Of a DNA stretch of 42,180 bases, positions 11,582 through 21,722 are shown in pieces. The stretch is taken from contig NC_057718.1 in assembly GCF_004010195.1 (NCBI RefSeq), positions 58,122,182-58,164,361 on the forward strand, written 5' to 3'. Position 1 is the stretch's first letter. Each line of letters begins with the position of its first letter. Under the pieces are notes generated by a model that was given only the letters and a program-made list of their open reading frames with translations, was not told where the DNA came from and did not search any database. Source of the stretch: Chiloscyllium plagiosum. Its lineage: Eukaryota. The position numbers and the translations under genes were made by a program.

Positions 11582-12479
11582 TGAATCAGAATGGATGTCA
11601 AATGTTTCTGGTTATGATTGCTCTACTATCTATTTCCGTTTTGCTGTTTAGAAAACCACGGTGTGTCCACTGGAAGCATCACGGAGGAAGACACTTTGGT
11701 ACTTACAAAGTAGGTCTTTGAATCTCAGCAATGTTTGAGTAACTATAGCACATGAATAGGCCCTTCTGTGCACCATATCTGTGCTGGCCCCGATGCCATT
11801 CTATAGTAATCACATCTACCTTCACGTGTCCCATATCCCTCTATTCCCTGCCTATTCCCTATTCCCCATTCCCCTGGCAATGAGCAATTGAAAGACAGCA
11901 CATAAAAAAAAACAGGCCTAATTCAAAACCAACCTGTTTTGACTGAGAGGTAACCACGTGTCATTGAATTGTCTGTGAAAACTGTTCTGTTGTACAGTTA
12001 CATGGAGCCACCTGGCTTTGTTTTTCAGTCTATTTTGAAAATGGCAAAGTACTGTAGCCGTTATAAAATGGAGATTCAGTAATCTTAGACTGAGAATAGC
12101 ATTAATGTCTGGGACTTCGGTCCATTCATTAGAATTTTCACCATTAGCTGGGGTTTGAGAGACCATTTCCATGGAACCTGAGAGAGCTCTGAGTGCCACT
12201 GTTGCCAAAGTGCTTGATGGATTGAAGGCAGTGTGAGATTCACATATTTGTATATATCTGTATACTTTGTAGTTTATGCTAATAGATTCACTCATTAATT
12301 TGCGTATGTTTCCAGTACATAACAACTAGATTAAGAAAATAAATATGCTTTATATTAAAATGTGTATTTTTTTGTAATCATTTTGGACAGACCTTAAAGA
12401 ATCAGTTAGGTACTTTCATCCTAACAATACAGTAATAGACCCACTTTGATCCTCAGAACTTCTCATGTCTTCAAGCCTA

Positions 12480-12600
12480 TCTTACTCTGTCTGCCACTGA
12501 AATCCTTATCCAATCCTTATCCAATCTTTTATTAACTCACTGCTCTCCTGGCTAGTATCCTGAACTCCATTCTGCAAAAACTTCACTTCATCCAGAATTC
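12480..12600 (+). mobile_element. Old L2-type LINE ORF2 fragment
   Basis: Degenerate resemblance to L2 AETLIHAF...NSLL.GL...KLQLIQN coding sequence (actgaaatccttatcca...aactcactgctctcctggct...aaacttcacttcatccagaattc). Confidence 0.45.
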
Positions 12601-12611
12601 TTTCCTTTTGT

Positions 12612-12807
12612 ATGAAGACTTCAAGAACAGTTTTCTTTTCCTTTTGCCTCTGGTTCTTTTATTTCTCCTCTTGCTTTTTTAAAAATTCTGGTTTTGTATT
12701 TTGTATTTTAAGGTAGTGCCATAAAATGGCGACTTTGTACACTTTTTCACTGCACTCCTGTATCCCTGTACTTGAGTACACATGACATTACTATTTAATT
12801 CTAAATT
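12612..12807 (+). mobile_element. Non-LTR element 3' end (Rex1/Babar-like tail, tentative)
   Basis: ttcaagaacagttttctt (FKNSF) then cacttttcactg...ctgtacttgagtaca..tgaca and a (ttctaaa)-like tail. A related inverted copy lies at ~35145-35255. Confidence 0.55.
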
Positions 12808-12902
12808 CTAATCTTATACTCTATTCCCTTTGAAATAAAGGCCAGCATTCCATTTGCCTTCCCTATTACCTGCTGAACTTGGACATGAGAGTTTTGTGAT
12901 TT
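12808..12902 (-). mobile_element. Last piece of the host CR1
   Basis: Minus strand encodes ANGMLAFISKGIEYKI, in frame with 11581 and below. Confidence 0.8.
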
Positions 12903-13511
12903 AGCTATCCCCCATTCATTCAGCAGTACTGAGACCAAGATCAGGGCAAGCTGTGGAAGTTCTATAAAAACTCACTCTCTGATTTTTGGACTTTGTGGGA
13001 GGAGGAGAGTGGGTGGGCGAGATGGTAAGAATGTAAATAATATCAACGGATTGTGGAAATAATGATAATGTGAAAACTTGGCAGTGGGTGAGGCAATATG
13101 ATGAGAATGTGCTGGAATCAGCATTTGCAGGACACCAAGACTCTGAGAAGAAGGGATGGAATAATTAGAGAGCTGCATTATGGAGATCAGTATGGCATTT
13201 AATAGTGTGTAAATAAAGAGTTTGCTGGGATTCCCAAGTCAGACAATAGCCACAGATGTTGGTGTAGCACAGTAGAGTGGAGACAGTATAGTTTACCAGG
13301 GGAAGGGGGGTTGGTCTCTCAATAGTACAGGAGAGAATCAAACCTCATGGCATCCTAAGCCATGAGGACTGATCAACGAAGGATTACCTCAGTAAAGACC
13401 AATTAAACAACAAAAAGCAAGGTGCAGCCTTTGAGCATGTACACTCCATTCTATCAGTTCTTTATCCAGTTCTCCCAATTCACAATGCGTCAAATTTCAT
13501 GCTATTTCCAT

Positions 13512-13870
13512 TAGGAGATTAAAGGGTTATTTAATTGAGGTGTTCAAGATGATTAATGGATTTAATTGTGTGGGTAGAGAGGAACCATTTCCTCAGGTGG
13601 GGCAGTATAGAACAAAGAGTCATAACCTATAAAAGAGGGCTGTACCATTCAAGGGTCATGAAAGACTTCCACATCAAAGATAATGGAAATCTGGAACTCT
13701 GCCTCAAAAAACTGTTGAGGCGCCCAGTTGAAAATTTCAAGATTGAGATAGTTTTCTTTCATTTGGTATGGTTATGAAATAGTGTGAAGTAAAGGTGGTT
13801 AATCAAGTTGAAATATCTAATCGAATGATGGAACAAAATTAAGTAGCTATTTCTGGCCTATTTCTGTTCA
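13512..13870 (+). mobile_element. Degenerate CR1 3' fragment
   Basis: aggagattaaagggttatttaattgaggtgttcaagatg (RRLxGxLIEVFKM) through a decayed 3' end (tggcctatttctgttc). Confidence 0.65.
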
Positions 13871-14394
13871 GACTCTCTAAAATGTTTAAAATAGCTGCCA
13901 CGGACCGTAGATCTATTGATATTGTTTTGATGGTTGCACCCCTGAACATAAATGTTATTGCTTTTGTAACAATGCCAGCATAAAGGATCTAATTCTAAAG
14001 ATATTCTTCTCTGAACCAAACTGTTTTGTCAGATCTAATTTTGTTCCTCATCTTTTGAGGTCTGCTGGGCCTACCATTAAATTGATTCAATATATGCAGC
14101 TGGTTGTTCACTGCATACTTTTACCATGGTAGGGATTCGTTGTGTAGAATGTCCTAAAGATAACTGAAAGGAAATTCCATCTTTGAGATTTTCTTTATAT
14201 ATTTAATAATACAGTTGCTCCCTAATAAGTACTCAGCAGCAAAATCTCAAATTCCAGCTTGCAGAGTTGCCAATGTTTAATAAATTCTGGATGTGGGGTT
14301 GCCAGTCACAAGGCACATTACTGAGGCATTGTAACAAAGGATGCACACATATATGGATCCTTTCACAAAACAAGACATTCCAAAGTGTCAACTT

Positions 14395-14735
14395 TTGAAG
14401 TTTAGTCACAATTGTAATGTAGAAATCACAGCAACCACTTTGTTCACAGCAAGATCCCACAAACTGCAGTCAGGCACTGAGGGCAGTTCAGTGGTTTTGG
14501 TGACACTGGTTCATTGCAATTATCAGCCAGGACACCAGCTGCTGTTCCTGGAGTGGTGTCACAGGGTATTTCACATCCCTTTTTGGGAGAAGACAGGGTC
14601 TTGGGTTAATTGGCACACTTGATGGCTGTGCTTCTTCAGTACTTTTGTTCAAGTCACAACCATGATTTGATGCTGAAGTCTGTCAGATAGAATTAATTCC
14701 AACACCTTCTAGCCGTGGACAGAAACCTGTGCTGT
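14395..14735 (-). mobile_element. Degenerate Deu-domain SINE (SacSINE1-like)
   Basis: gtcacaattgtaatgtag...cacagcaagatcccacaaac...gccaggacacc...cacaggg..tttcacatcc resembles my recollection of the shark DeuSINE antisense strand. Not verified by alignment. Confidence 0.5.
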
Positions 14736-16142
14736 CTGCCCTTGTGACTTCTGGGAGTGGTGGGAGAGGGGTGGGTGGAGGCTTTTAAGGAGGCAGGAGG
14801 GAATTGGATAAAGACTCCACCGCCATCCTGCCCCCTCCATGATTACTTTTGTGTCGGGAAGGACTGTGGATGGCCTTCCTGATCTAATACCAACTTTGGC
14901 TCCAAATTAGTTAATGCCTAATTAAGGATGTCATTCCTGCTGCCTCTTGTGTAGCTCAGCAGTGAATTAAGGAGTCACCATGGCAATGTCAACTTTGACG
15001 TGCTTGCTTGCAGGCTCCTTGGGAGGCTGGGAGATGATTCCCTCATTTAAAAGTATTCTGGACTCGTGACCATCAGAAAACACCTGCTAAAAGCCACCCA
15101 CTGGCTTTGCTGCTCATCCACCCCATTCCACCCCTCTTCCTTCCCCGTGACCTCCTTCTCATCACAGCTGACCTGCATCTGGGTCTCTTCATGCTCTGAG
15201 TCTTGTGTGGCTGTCATATTGGTAGCAACTAGTGCTTCGTTGATGGCGCTGCTGAGTACAGAGGCACTGCTGGCCTCTGGCAGCTATCAGCTAGTCGGAC
15301 ATTCACCTTTAGGGCTTTCAGGGCCAGGGAAAGGGTCACCACTGTCCACTGAAATGTTCAACTTGCAATTAATGTGGCAGACTTTCTTGAAAAGAAATGA
15401 AGGGAGGTTATGCCAACTCTTCAGTCAACCAAGTGCAACACGCATCACCTCTTGAAGATTACACCCTTTTATGGAGATTGTATCTTTAACATAAACAAAG
15501 AGAAAAGCCACAGGTCATCTCAGTAACTTGCGGGGATAGCCAGGTAACACCTCTTCTCCTTTCTCCTCTATTTTTCTTTTACACTCTATTCCCCATCTTC
15601 ATCTCTCTATACTTCCTTATTCTTTATCTGTCACATTAAAACTTGACTGTAAAAGCTAAGATTGATTTTGTTTTCTCACACCAGAGAGCAAGAAAAGGAA
15701 GAAATAGTTATAGTGGGAGAAATATTTAACTCTCCAAAATAGTAGTGAAGGTCCTTTACTGAAATCTATTATCAATAATATTAATGGATGACTTCCACTA
15801 CTGTTATGAATGCTGGAATAATAAGCTGTTGTTTTCTCTTATTTCCCAATGGGTAAAATGATGAGAAATGTCATGAATTATGAGTGGATATTGGAATATT
15901 ATCCACAGTTGAGAGACTGTGATCACCAGCAGAACTCTGCTGAAGAATGTATGAGCTATTTTGAGTTTGCTTTCTGTGAATGTGTGAAGATTTTCATTGG
16001 GCATTATAGCAAAGCAATTGTGTTCCTCGGCTAATAATCCAGTGAGGGGAAAGTGAGGGCTGCAGATGCTGGAGATCAGAATCGAGAGTGTGGTGCTGGA
16101 AAAGCACAGCAGGTCAGGCAGCATCCGAGGAGCAGGAGAATC

Positions 16143-16170
16143 GACGTTTTGGGCATAGGCCCTTCATCAG
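16143..16170 (-). ncRNA. Minimal hammerhead ribozyme motif (G12 mutated)
   Basis: CUGAUGA-a-gggc-cuau-gccc-AAAA-CGUC; GAAA changed to AAAA, consistent with CpG decay. Confidence 0.6.
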
Positions 16171-16923
16171 GAATGAGGCTTGTGAGGCAAGGGACTGAGA
16201 GATAAATGAGTTGGGGCTCGGGGGAAACTAGCTGAGAATGCAATATGTGGATGAAGATGGGGAAGAAGGTGATAGGTTGGAGAAGAGGGTAGAACGGACA
16301 CATGGGAAAGATGATGGACAGGTCAAGAGGGCGGTACTGAGTAGGAGGCTTCGGACTGGGATAATGTGGGGGGAGGGGTAATGAGGAAACTGGTGAAATC
16401 CACATTGATCCCGTGGGGTTGTAGGGTCCCAAGATGGAATACGAGGCATTCTTCCTCCAGGCATCGGGTGGTTAGAGTTTAGCGATGGAGGAGGCCCAGG
16501 GCCTGTGTGTCCTTGGTGGAGTGGGAGGAGGAGTTGAAGTGGAAAGCCACAGAATGGTGGGGTTGGTTGGTGCGGGTGTCTCAGAGATGTTCTCTGAAGA
16601 GATCTGCAAGTTGGCGTCTTGTCTCCCCGATGAAGAGACCACATCAGGTGCAACAGATACAGCAGATGACATTAGTGGAGGTACAGGTAAATTTCTGTCG
16701 GATGTGGGAGGATCCTTTGGGACCTTGGATGGAGTCCCAAGCCTCCAACTCAGCACCGCCCTGTTGACCTGTCCATCACCTTTCCCATCTATCCGCTCCA
16801 CCCTCCTTTCCAACCTATCACCTTCTCCCTCACCTCCATCTCCCTATTGCATTCTCAGCTACTTTCCCGCCAGCCCCACCCCGCTCCTATTTATCTCTCA
16901 GCCCCGGCCCACAAGCTTCATTC

Positions 16924-16951
16924 CTGATGAAGGACTCCTGCCTGAAACGTC
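16924..16951 (+). ncRNA. Minimal hammerhead ribozyme motif (stem II weakened)
   Basis: CUGAUGA-aggacuccugccu-GAAA-CGUC. Confidence 0.6.
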
Positions 16952-17012
16952 GATTCTTCTGCTCCTCGGATGCTGCCTCACTGCTGTGCTTTTCCAGCGC
17001 AACACTCTTGAA

Positions 17013-18290
17013 TAATAATCCAGAGACACAAATTCAAACACACTGCAGTAACTGGAGAATTTAATAAATTCAATTAATTAAATAAATTTGAAGGAAATGT
17101 ATTAGTGGCTGTGAAACTACTGGATTTTGTTAAAAAAAACCTACCATGTTTACTAATGCCCTTTAGAGCAGGGAATCTGGTTGAGCCTACACATGACTTC
17201 AGATCAATAGATGCTGACTTTTAACTTCCTTCTGAAAGGGCCATGTACTACTATGGAAGTAAGAATGAACCTGACTGAAACCTAGGGGCTCAGGGACATC
17301 ATGTTGATGTTGTACAGAATCTTGGTGAGGCCTCTTCTGCAGTACTGTGTCTGCTTCTGATCTCCCTGTTATCAGAAAGATATTATCAAACCAGAGAGGG
17401 TTCAGGATGTTGCTCGGAATGGAAGGTTTGAGTTACAGGGAGAGGCTGGACATGTTTCACTGGAGTGTGGGAGGTTGAAGGGTGAGGTTTCTAAAATCAT
17501 GAAGGGTATAGGTAAGGTGAACGAGCAGGTGTCTTTTCCCTATGGTGGGGAATTTTAAGATTAGGGGGCATATTTTTTAAGGTGCGAGGAGAAAGATTTT
17601 GAAAAGGACATGAGGAGCAACCTTTTTTACACAAAGTGTGATTCATGTGTGGAATGAACTTCCAGAGGAAGTGGTGGATGCGGGTACAGTTACAAAATTT
17701 AAAAGGCATTTGGACAAGTACGTGAATAGGGAATGTTTGGAAGGATGGGCCAAGCACAGGCAGGTGGGCCTAGTTTAGTTTGGGATTATGGTCAACATGG
17801 ACTAGTTGGACCAAAGGATCTGTTCCCATGCTGTATGATACTGTGACTCTATGAATGGGCCACTTGGTCTTGACCTAAGTACCAGACAAAACAAAGGTAC
17901 ACCTGAGTTTGCAGAGTCCTCTTCACTTAAATCTGGGGACTTGCGCCAAAATTGGGAGAACTCTTCTCACAGATGACATAAACAATGGTATGACATAGTC
18001 ATGCACACTGACTAAGCCAATGCCCTTGACTGCTGTATCATCATGCCTGGGCATGGTCTGACCCACCAACAGGGCAGATCCTCCAGAGGTCACAGCACAG
18101 GAGCATACAGTCAGAGAGAATGGTCATTACTCCATGCCCCATAAAGTCACATGTCATAAGGTCAAACATGGGCAAGGAAACACCTTTTCAATTACCACTT
18201 AGACTGTTTCTTAGTCAACGAACTGTACTTGCTTCATGTTGAACACCATTTGGAAGAAGCGCTGAGGGTGGCAAGCCACAGAATGCAAAG
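17013..18290 (+). mobile_element. 5' part of a second LINE family (CR1/L2 group): non-coding head plus AP-endonuclease start, interrupted by CR1
   Basis: Head 17013-17245 is homologous to 25720-25925 (reverse). 17930-18290 encodes degenerate WGLAPKLGEL...DIVM (EN N-terminus), homologous to 25438-25610 (reverse). Confidence 0.6.
17290..17853 (+). mobile_element. CR1 3' fragment
   Basis: MLMLYRILVRPLLQYCV... to a (tgactcta) tail; homologous to 5919-6500. Confidence 0.85.
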
Positions 18291-18299
18291 TGGTAGGTG

Positions 18300-18430
18300 G
18301 GTGCGCAGGAATCATGAGAATTGAAGTGCTAGCTCAGATAGAGAGGAATGAGTGTGATATGATAGCGATTAGAGATACATGGTTACAAAGGGACCATGAC
18401 TGGGACCTGAATATTCAACTGTTTTTGACA
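18300..18430 (+). mobile_element. CR1 endonuclease fragment
   Basis: Translates LAQIERNECDMIAIRDTWLQRDHDWDLNIQ (ITETWL motif region). Confidence 0.65.
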
Positions 18431-18671
18431 TTTTGGAACTTCGGAAAGCAAGAACAATGAAGTACAAAGCCTGCAGCAGTTTAAGAAGGCAGTTTATTCC
18501 CAATTTCTGCAAGGCAGTTTGGGATGGACAATAAATGCTAACCTCACCCACATCCCATCCAAATCATAAAAACTGTGTATGACATTAGTAAGACTATATC
18601 TGGATACTCTGTACATTTTTTTAACTTCTTGCTTAAAGAGGTATATACTTGCATTTGAAGAAGTTCAGAGA

Positions 18672-19203
18672 ATCATAGAGTCCCTAAATTGTGGAAAGAG
18701 GCCATTCAGCCCAGCAAGTCTGCGCTAAACCTCTAAAGATTATCCCACCCAAAACCAGCCGCCCCTATGGCTAATACACCTAGTCTGCACATCCTGGACA
18801 CTACGGACGGTTTAGTAGGGAGAAAGTGAGGACTGCAGATGCTGGAGATAGAGTCGAAGAGTGTGGAGCTGGAAAAGCACAGCCTGTCAGGCAACATCCG
18901 AGGAACAGGAGAATTGACATTTTGAGCATAAGCCCTTTGTCAGGAATCATTCCTGATGAAGGGCTTATGTTCAAAATGCTAATTCTCCAGCTCCTCAGAT
19001 GCTGCCGGACTGTTTAGCATGGCCAATCCACCTAATCTGCACGTCTTTGGACTGTGGGAGAAAACCGGAGCATCCAAAGGAAACCCAAATAGACACAGAG
19101 AGAATGTACAAACTCCATACAGACAGTTACCTGAGGCTGGAATCAAATCCGCGACCCTGGTGCTGTGAGGTAGCAGCGCTAATCACTGAGCCATTGTATC
19201 TCC
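18672..19203 (-). mobile_element. HE1-type SINE containing a PLE mini-insertion
   Basis: tcatagagtccct...ggccattcagccc tail; body and tRNA-like head (ccctggtgctgtgaggtagcagcgctaatcactgagcca) homologous to 25950-26278. Confidence 0.85.
18816..19005. mobile_element. Palindromic PLE family A mini-element
   Basis: Inverted arms centred on ggaat-c-attcc (18943-18953), each with a decayed hammerhead motif. 12-bp flanking duplication cggacggtttag / cggactgtttag (18804-18815, 19006-19017). Confidence 0.85.
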
Positions 19204-20036
19204 ATTAAGGCTCATTGGTCTGAATTTTGGGATGAAGCAGTTTTTTTTTGTGAGGAAAGGTTGACTAAATTGGGCCTGTACTCAACAGAGCTTAGAAAAA
19301 TGGGATATGATTTTATTGAAAAATAATCTGATTAAAGGGGCTAGGTGTGACAGAGTCTGAGAGGTTGTTTACCTCTCTGGGGACTCGAGATCTAAAGGGT
19401 ATAGTTTCAACATAACAGATTTCCCATTTAAGACAGAGATGAGGAGGATTTTCTTTTCTCTCAGAGACTTGGCAAACTTTGAAATTCTCAAAGTTTTTGT
19501 GTATCTATGGGATTTGGTTCTTTGCTGGTTAGCCAGTGTTTATACCCCATCCTTAGTTGCCCTTGAAAAGGTGATGGAGAAGGTGATGTTCAGCTGCCTT
19601 CTTGAACCACTGCAGTCCATGTGCAGTAGGTAGATCCATTGTACTGTTGGGGAGGGAGTTCCAGGATATTTTTTATCCCACTGACAGTGAAGGAACAGTA
19701 ATATATTTCCAAGTCAGGATGGTGGGAACAGTGGAGGCTGGGCCATTGAACCTATTCAAGCTGGAGGCTTTCAGTTTTGACTGACAAGGGAGTAATGTAT
19801 TATGAAGTACAATCAGAAAATTGGACTAAGGCCACAGTCTGATATACCATAATCATATTGAATGGTGGCTTGTCGGCTGAATGGCCTATTCCTTATGATC
19901 TTATATTCTATAATCTCAACTGGATTTCCCCAGATCAGTGACCTCGTCACAACCATTTTCATCTGCTTCATCAATCACCTCCTGTCCATTGTTCATGATA
20001 TCAGTTGATGTTTATTGGTGACTATGGTGTTCAGTG

Positions 20037-20126
20037 CTGAAAATGTGTTGCTGGAAAAGCGCAGCAGGTCAGGCAGCATCCAGGGAACAGGAGAATCGAC
20101 GTTTCGGGCATAAGCCCTTCTTCAGG
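20037..20126 (-). mobile_element. PLE family A terminal fragment
   Basis: Near-identical to 34804-34893. Lies between two LINE fragments; no TSD found. Confidence 0.8.
20098..20125 (-). ncRNA. Minimal hammerhead ribozyme, intact core
   Basis: CUGAAGA-a-gggc-uuau-gccc-GAAA-CGUC: full CUGANGA and GAAA boxes, perfect 4-bp stem II, palindromic ACGU before the GUC cleavage triplet. The 5' strand of stem I is truncated. Confidence 0.72.
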
Positions 20127-20972
20127 GAAGGATAGTTGTGGTTGTGGGCTGTCAATCTCTTCAGCTCCAGGACATTTCTACAGGAGTTCCTCAGGATAGT
20201 GTCCTACATCCTGTCTTCTTCATCAATGACTTTCCCTTCATTATAAGGTCAGAAGTGGAAATATTGTCCAATGATTACATAGTATTCAACACCAATTCAC
20301 AACTCCTCAGCTGCTGAAGCAGCCAAGGTGTATATGCAGTAAGATCTGGACGAAATTCAGGTTTGGGCTCACAAGAGGCAAGTAACATTGGACTAGCCAG
20401 ATAAATGCTGTGGCTGCAAAAGGAGGTCAGAGGCTAGGAATTCTGCTGCAACTAGTTAATCTTCTGACTCCCCAAAGCCTGTCATCCATCTACTAGCCAC
20501 ACATCAGGAGTGTAATGGAACACTCTCCACTTGCCTGGAGGTGTGCAGCTTCAACAACACTCAAGAATATTAACACCATCTATTGGCACCCCATCCATCA
20601 CCTTCAATATTCACTCCCTTTATCATTGATGCACAACGCTCTATCAACAAGATGTCCTGTACTTACTCATCAAGGCTCTTTTGACAATGTCTTCCAAATC
20701 TTGACAAGGGCAGCAAATAGTTGGGACCACCACTAAGTTCTCCCCCAAGCCACGCTCTCTCCTTACTTGGAAATATGTTGCTGTTCCTTTGGTGTCACTG
20801 GGCCCAAACACAGCAACTCCCTTTGTAACAGCACTGTGGGCATCCCTACACACAAGAAGTTTAGTGGTTCAAGGAGATAGCTCATCTCCACTACCTACAG
20901 GGCAATTAAGGATGGGCAATAAATGCTGGCTGAACCAATGATGCCCATATCTCATGAACAAACAAAAGAAAA
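20127..20972 (+). mobile_element. Second-family LINE 3' half
   Basis: GVPQDSVL motif (20183-20206). 3' tail gggcaattaaggatgggcaataaatgctggc...A-rich. Homologous to 29185-30320. Confidence 0.8.
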
Positions 20973-21477
20973 AGACAGCATAACATTGAGAGAAATGTCT
21001 GTAGGCTTATATTTGCTTTAAATACAATCAGGTCAAGGAGCCAACAAAATGGTTTTTGGTAATTTCAGACTCTTCAAAACTAGCTGTAAATAAATACTTG
21101 CTTATATCCTGAGTGCCTCACGCAAAACTCTCATTCTGAAAAATGTAAACTATAGATCTGATCTATCACACGTAATATCTGAGCCATTTAAAATCAAATG
21201 TATTTGTGAATAACAATGCCCCTCAGTTGGATAAAACCCTTTGTTGATTTTACACCATAATGTACCACTTTAAAACTGGAGAGATTGCAATAGGTGTCGA
21301 AACAAATGAGAAATGCCTCTCCGAAACCTGCCTCTGTCAAGGGCCTCCTTGAGAGATTTAACCCCCCTTTATCACATCTCGCTTCTAAGTATTTTTCAAA
21401 GGAAAAGAAAGGCTTTCCTTGCAAGTAAATATTACATATTCTTACATGCCCTTTCTGAAACTTAGTTGTCTTTACTT

Positions 21478-21722
21478 CTTCATGGGATTTGGGCATCACT
21501 AGCAAGGCCAGCATTTATTGCACATCCCTAATTGTCCTTGAAATGAGTGGCTTGCTATGTCATCTCAGAAGGCAGCTAAGAGTCAAAGGCATCTGGACAG
21601 TAGATTTCCTGCCCTAAGGACTAAGTGTTCCTTTATGACAGCCAAAAGTGGTCTCACGGTCACTATTACTGAGTGTGGCTTCTGGCTGCAGATTTTATTT
21701 TTAATGAATTCAATTATCGCCA
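21478..21722 (-). mobile_element. Short element joining the head and 3' tail of the second LINE family (SINE-like)
   Basis: 21478-21540 is the reverse LINE tail (ggccagcatttattgcacatccctaattg). 21545-21722 is the reverse head (agatttcctgccctaaggac; compare 25797-25820). Confidence 0.6.

Larger units (their letters stand above)
16043..17012 (-). mobile_element. Penelope-like element (family A): GIY-YIG endonuclease remnant plus pLTR, with inverted pLTR copy
   Basis: Minus strand ~16710-16385 translates (with stops and a frameshift) to FTCTSTNVICCICCT*CGL..IGETRRQLADLFREHL...HFN...LGTLQPHGINVDF (GIY-YIG). 16732-17012 is an inverted copy of ~16080-16358. Perfect 11-bp TSD taataatccag (16032-16042, 17013-17023). 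Confidence 0.9.
18570..19905 (+). mobile_element. Old CR1 3' part interrupted by an HE1 SINE (18672-19203) and a second-family LINE tail (~19515-19725, minus)
   Basis: LCMTLVRLYLDT...LAFEEVQR before the SINE, continuing at 19208 (..ERLTKLGLYSTELRKMGYDFIE..FKTEMRRIFFS). 3' end gctgaatggcctattcc at ~19880. Confidence 0.65.

Noticed and set aside
12905..13490. Possible old L2 fragment on the minus strand
   Set aside because: Purine-rich pattern is suggestive but I could not recover a diagnostic motif.
14720..15460. GC-richer stretch possibly from an old MITE or DNA transposon, with ORF 15066-15455
   Set aside because: No TIR or TSD could be defined and the ORF resembles no protein I recognise.
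16228..17015. ORFs of 86-176 aa in the PLE
   Set aside because: Off-frame or antisense readings of the GIY-YIG remnant and pLTR.
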